Below, piece by piece: positions 29,347-32,000 of a stretch of DNA of 32,000 nucleotides (positions within the stretch are counted from its first letter, which is position 1; every line of letters begins with the position of its first letter). The notes below the pieces were generated by a model. It made no database searches, was not told the origin of the DNA, and saw only the letters and a program-made list of their open reading frames with translations. The position numbers and the translations under genes are program-made. The stretch comes from Aquifex aeolicus VF5 (lineage in GTDB: Bacteria; Aquificota; Aquificia; Aquificales; Aquificaceae). The DNA lies in assembly GCF_000008625.1 (NCBI RefSeq), contig NC_000918.1, forward strand, positions 900,001-932,000, in the 5' to 3' direction.

Positions 29347-31107
29347 ATGAAATGGGTCAATAAGGGAACCGTTGAGAGGGTAAAGCAGGAATTTAAGGAC
29401 GAAGTAAAGTACTACGAGACAAAACACACTAAAGGTTTTGAAGTCTCTCACGATTTTCTCAAGCCATTACTTAAGTTCCTGAAAGAAAGGGAGAGGTTCC
29501 TTCACTTCGTTGATATGACCTGTATAGACTTTCCCGAACATCCAAACAGGTTTCAGGGAGTTTACATACTCTATAACCCTGAGGAAAACGAAAGGGTAAT
29601 AGTAAAGAGCTGGGCAAAAGATGGGAAACTCCCGACAGTTGAAGATCTGTGGCCCGGTGCAAAGTGGGCCGAGCGTGAAGCTTACGACATGTTCGGGGTG
29701 GTGTTCGAGGGGCACGAAAACCTCAGACGGATGTTCATGTGGGAAGGCTATGAGCACTACCCCCTAAGGAAAGACTTTCCCCTTCAGGGAATACCTGAAG
29801 TAGAACTTCCCTCCCTGACGGAAGTGCTTCACGGGAGAACGGACCCGCCCTCTCACGACTTTGAACTCGTTCATACAAAGCTTCCCACCTTAGAGGACCT
29901 TGAAAGAACGGAAAAGGCGAGACTCAAGAAGAAGGCAGAACTCGTTCTCAACTGGGGACCACTTCATCCCGGAACCCACGGAACAATATGGTTTTTATTT
30001 GACCTTGAGGGTGAAAAGGTTGTTCAGAGTGACGTAATTCTCGGACAGCTACACAGGGGAATGGAAAAGCTTGCGGAAAACTTGCACTACTTCCAGTTCA
30101 TTCCCTACACGGACCGTATGGACTACATATCCGCTATATGTAACGAGCTCGCTTACGTGGAGACCGTGGAAAGACTCCTGGGTGTAGAGGTTCCCGAGAA
30201 GGCGAGATACATAAGGACGATGTTTGCGGAACTCCAGAGGATTAACTCCCACCTCCTCTGGCTCGGAACCGGAGCTCTGGACCTCGGAGCACTCACGGTA
30301 TTCCTTTACGCTTTCAGGGAAAGGGAAAAGATAATGGACATAATTGAGGGAAATGCGGGTTACAGACTCACGAGCTGCTTCTTAAGGATAGGAGGGGTTC
30401 ACTACGACCTCGCGGAAGGCACTCTGGACGTAGTAAAGCACTTTATAAAAGACTTTCCCAACAGACTAAAGGAGTATCACACTCTCCTTACGAGGAACAG
30501 GATATGGTTAAGGAGAACTAAGGATGTTGGCGTAATAACGAGGGAAGACGTTCACAATTATGGGCTTTCCGGGCCCGTTGCAAGAGGCTCGGGTGTTCCC
30601 TACGACCTGAGAAAACTCCAGCCGTACGCCGCTTACGACGAGGTTGAGTTTGATATACCGGTTGGAGAAGTAGGGGACGTTTACGACAGGTACCTTGTGA
30701 GAATGGAAGAAATGGCCCAAAGTGTGAGGATAATTGAGCAGTGTGTTCAGAAGCTTGAAAAACTTCCCAAAGACGCTCCATACCTAAACAAGGAACACCC
30801 TGCGGTAATTCCGCCCAAAGAAGACGTATTCCACGACCTTGAGAGCATGGTAAAGTCCTTTAGAGTTGTTGTTCACGGTGAAGATGCACCGCCCGGAGAG
30901 GTTTACTTTGCCGGTGAAAACCCCAGAGGAGAGCTGGGCTTCTTCATCTACTCAAAAGGTGGCGGGAAACCTTACAGAACACGTATACGTTCGGGAGCTC
31001 TTTACAACTTATCTATATTCCCGAAACTCATACAAGGAAGGACGATTGCGGATGCCATAGCACTTCTCGGAAGTCTTGATCCGGTTGTTGGTGAGACGGA
31101 TAGGTAA
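29347..31107 (+). CDS. nuoCD: Fused NADH-quinone oxidoreductase subunit C/D
   Basis: The N-terminal third carries the NuoC motif (WPGAKWAEREAYDMFGVVFEGHENLRRMF). The remainder is NuoD (NWGPLHPGTHG, RIGG, C-terminal DPVVGETDR). One uninterrupted 586-codon frame. Confidence 0.95.
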   Translation: MKWVNKGTVERVKQEFKDEVKYYETKHTKGFEVSHDFLKPLLKFLKERERFLHFVDMTCIDFPEHPNRFQGVYILYNPEENERVIVKSWAKDGKLPTVEDLWPGAKWAEREAYDMFGVVFEGHENLRRMFMWEGYEHYPLRKDFPLQGIPEVELPSLTEVLHGRTDPPSHDFELVHTKLPTLEDLERTEKARLKKKAELVLNWGPLHPGTHGTIWFLFDLEGEKVVQSDVILGQLHRGMEKLAENLHYFQFIPYTDRMDYISAICNELAYVETVERLLGVEVPEKARYIRTMFAELQRINSHLLWLGTGALDLGALTVFLYAFREREKIMDIIEGNAGYRLTSCFLRIGGVHYDLAEGTLDVVKHFIKDFPNRLKEYHTLLTRNRIWLRRTKDVGVITREDVHNYGLSGPVARGSGVPYDLRKLQPYAAYDEVEFDIPVGEVGDVYDRYLVRMEEMAQSVRIIEQCVQKLEKLPKDAPYLNKEHPAVIPPKEDVFHDLESMVKSFRVVVHGEDAPPGEVYFAGENPRGELGFFIYSKGGGKPYRTRIRSGALYNLSIFPKLIQGRTIADAIALLGSLDPVVGETDR

Positions 31108-31119
31108 GGGGGCAAGCGG

Positions 31120-32000
31120 ATGGAAGCGATAGCTTACTCTTTAGCCTTTACCTTCTTGAAGATAGTTATAGTCTTTTCCCTGGCTCTCGGTATAGGGGCT
31201 TACCTCACGTGGTTTGAAAGAAAGCTCGCAGGGCACATTCAAAACAGGTTAGGACCAACGGTGGTAGGTAAGTTCGGGATACTCCAACCTCTTGCGGACG
31301 CCCTAAAGCTCGCAACCAAAGAAGTTATCATCCCTAGAGGAGCGGACAAGCCCGTATACTACGCAGCTGTAGTGATGGCTTTAGTTCCGTCCATACTTCT
31401 GCTTACGATAATTCCCTTTGGACCGGGTTTTAGAGTGGGGAATACCTACATAGAGCCCATAATTGCGGACGTGAACATAGCATTACTCCTTGCCTTTGCC
31501 TTTGGTTCACTATCGGTTTACGGAACAATATTCTCGGGATGGGCTTCAAACTCCAAGTACGCCTTTATAGGTTCACTTAGAAAAGCCGCGGTAGTTATAG
31601 CGTACGAAGTAGTTCTCGGTTTTTCCGTTTTGGGTGTTATTCTTCTTGCGGGTACGCTCAGCACGGTCGGGATAGTTGAAGCTCAGATACAGAAGGGAGT
31701 CTGGTTCATCTTTTACCAGCCTGTGGCTTTTATCCTGTACCTTTTCTGTATGCTTGCTGAAAGCGGAAGGGTTCCCTTTGACATTCAGGAGGCGGAAGCG
31801 GAGCTGGTTACGGGTTACAACGTTGAGTACGGCGGTATGAAGTTCGGAGCTTTTCCTCTCGCAGAGTGGTACGTAAACGTAATAGCCCTTTCCGCAATAG
31901 CTGTAGTTCTCTTCTTCGGCGGATGGGATGGACCTCACATCTTCGGGCCACTTTCTCCGTACTTCTGGTTCGTGTTCAAGACATTTGCACTGGTTTTCTT
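31120..32000 (+). CDS. nuoH: NADH-quinone oxidoreductase subunit H, N-terminal part (runs out of the window)
   Basis: ATG 31120 sits behind AAGGGGG. MEAIAYSLAFTFLKIV...TWFERKLAGHIQNRLGPT...LAESGRVPFDIQEAEAELVTGYNVEYGG. Open to the window end, so it is absent from the complete-ORF track. Confidence 0.93.
   Translation, partial: MEAIAYSLAFTFLKIVIVFSLALGIGAYLTWFERKLAGHIQNRLGPTVVGKFGILQPLADALKLATKEVIIPRGADKPVYYAAVVMALVPSILLLTIIPFGPGFRVGNTYIEPIIADVNIALLLAFAFGSLSVYGTIFSGWASNSKYAFIGSLRKAAVVIAYEVVLGFSVLGVILLAGTLSTVGIVEAQIQKGVWFIFYQPVAFILYLFCMLAESGRVPFDIQEAEAELVTGYNVEYGGMKFGAFPLAEWYVNVIALSAIAVVLFFGGWDGPHIFGPLSPYFWFVFKTFALVF

Noticed and set aside
31573-31938. 121-aa minus-strand ORF near the window end
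   Set aside because: It lies inside, and antisense to, the nuoH reading frame, which carries diagnostic NuoH motifs.

Overview
This is a densely packed chromosomal segment with the look of a hyperthermophilic Aquificae genome. The proteins are rich in Glu, Lys, Ile, Val and Tyr, the coding strands are purine-rich, and many genes overlap. From memory, the gene order resembles Aquifex aeolicus (THEP1-type NTPase next to alaS, a nuo operon without nuoEFG), but I cannot verify this without a search.

I can support 32 protein-coding genes, two of them truncated by the window edges:
- Envelope and translation-related: M16 peptidase, rsfS, bamD, rng, lpxI, a lipoprotein.
- A translationally coupled chain: hemA, a stand-alone RAM-domain protein, an untracked 58-codon ORF, murA.
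- hsp20.
- A partial type II secretion-like operon fused to purA: a membrane protein, gspD, an unknown protein, gspK, gspF.
- A THEP1-type NTPase, alaS, an orphan 156-aa gene, clpC, bamA, a cold-shock protein, hisA, a pyrK-like gene.
- A SucC/citryl-CoA-synthetase-like gene, tgt and thrB.
- nuoA-nuoB-nuoCD-nuoH.

I found no rRNA, tRNA, CRISPR array, transposase or integrase, and I see no clear self-contained novel system such as a defence island.

The observations most worth follow-up are:
1. TAnnnT -10-like hexamers sit 7-10 nt upstream of SD-less start codons at about nine genes. This suggests leaderless transcripts and explains divergent gene pairs only 28-68 nt apart.
2. A 384-bp AT-rich spacer (28045-28428) is the only long non-coding stretch. 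It contains two overlapping fragments of a small hydrophobic ORF.
3. An 8-bp perfect inverted repeat brackets the hsp20 core promoter.
4. A strand-specific long hairpin sits at the 5' end of the cold-shock mRNA.
5. The secretion-like operon is incomplete and carries two uncharacterised genes.
6. A 58-codon ORF lies hidden between the RAM-domain gene and murA.

All homology calls rest on motif recognition by eye, not on searches.
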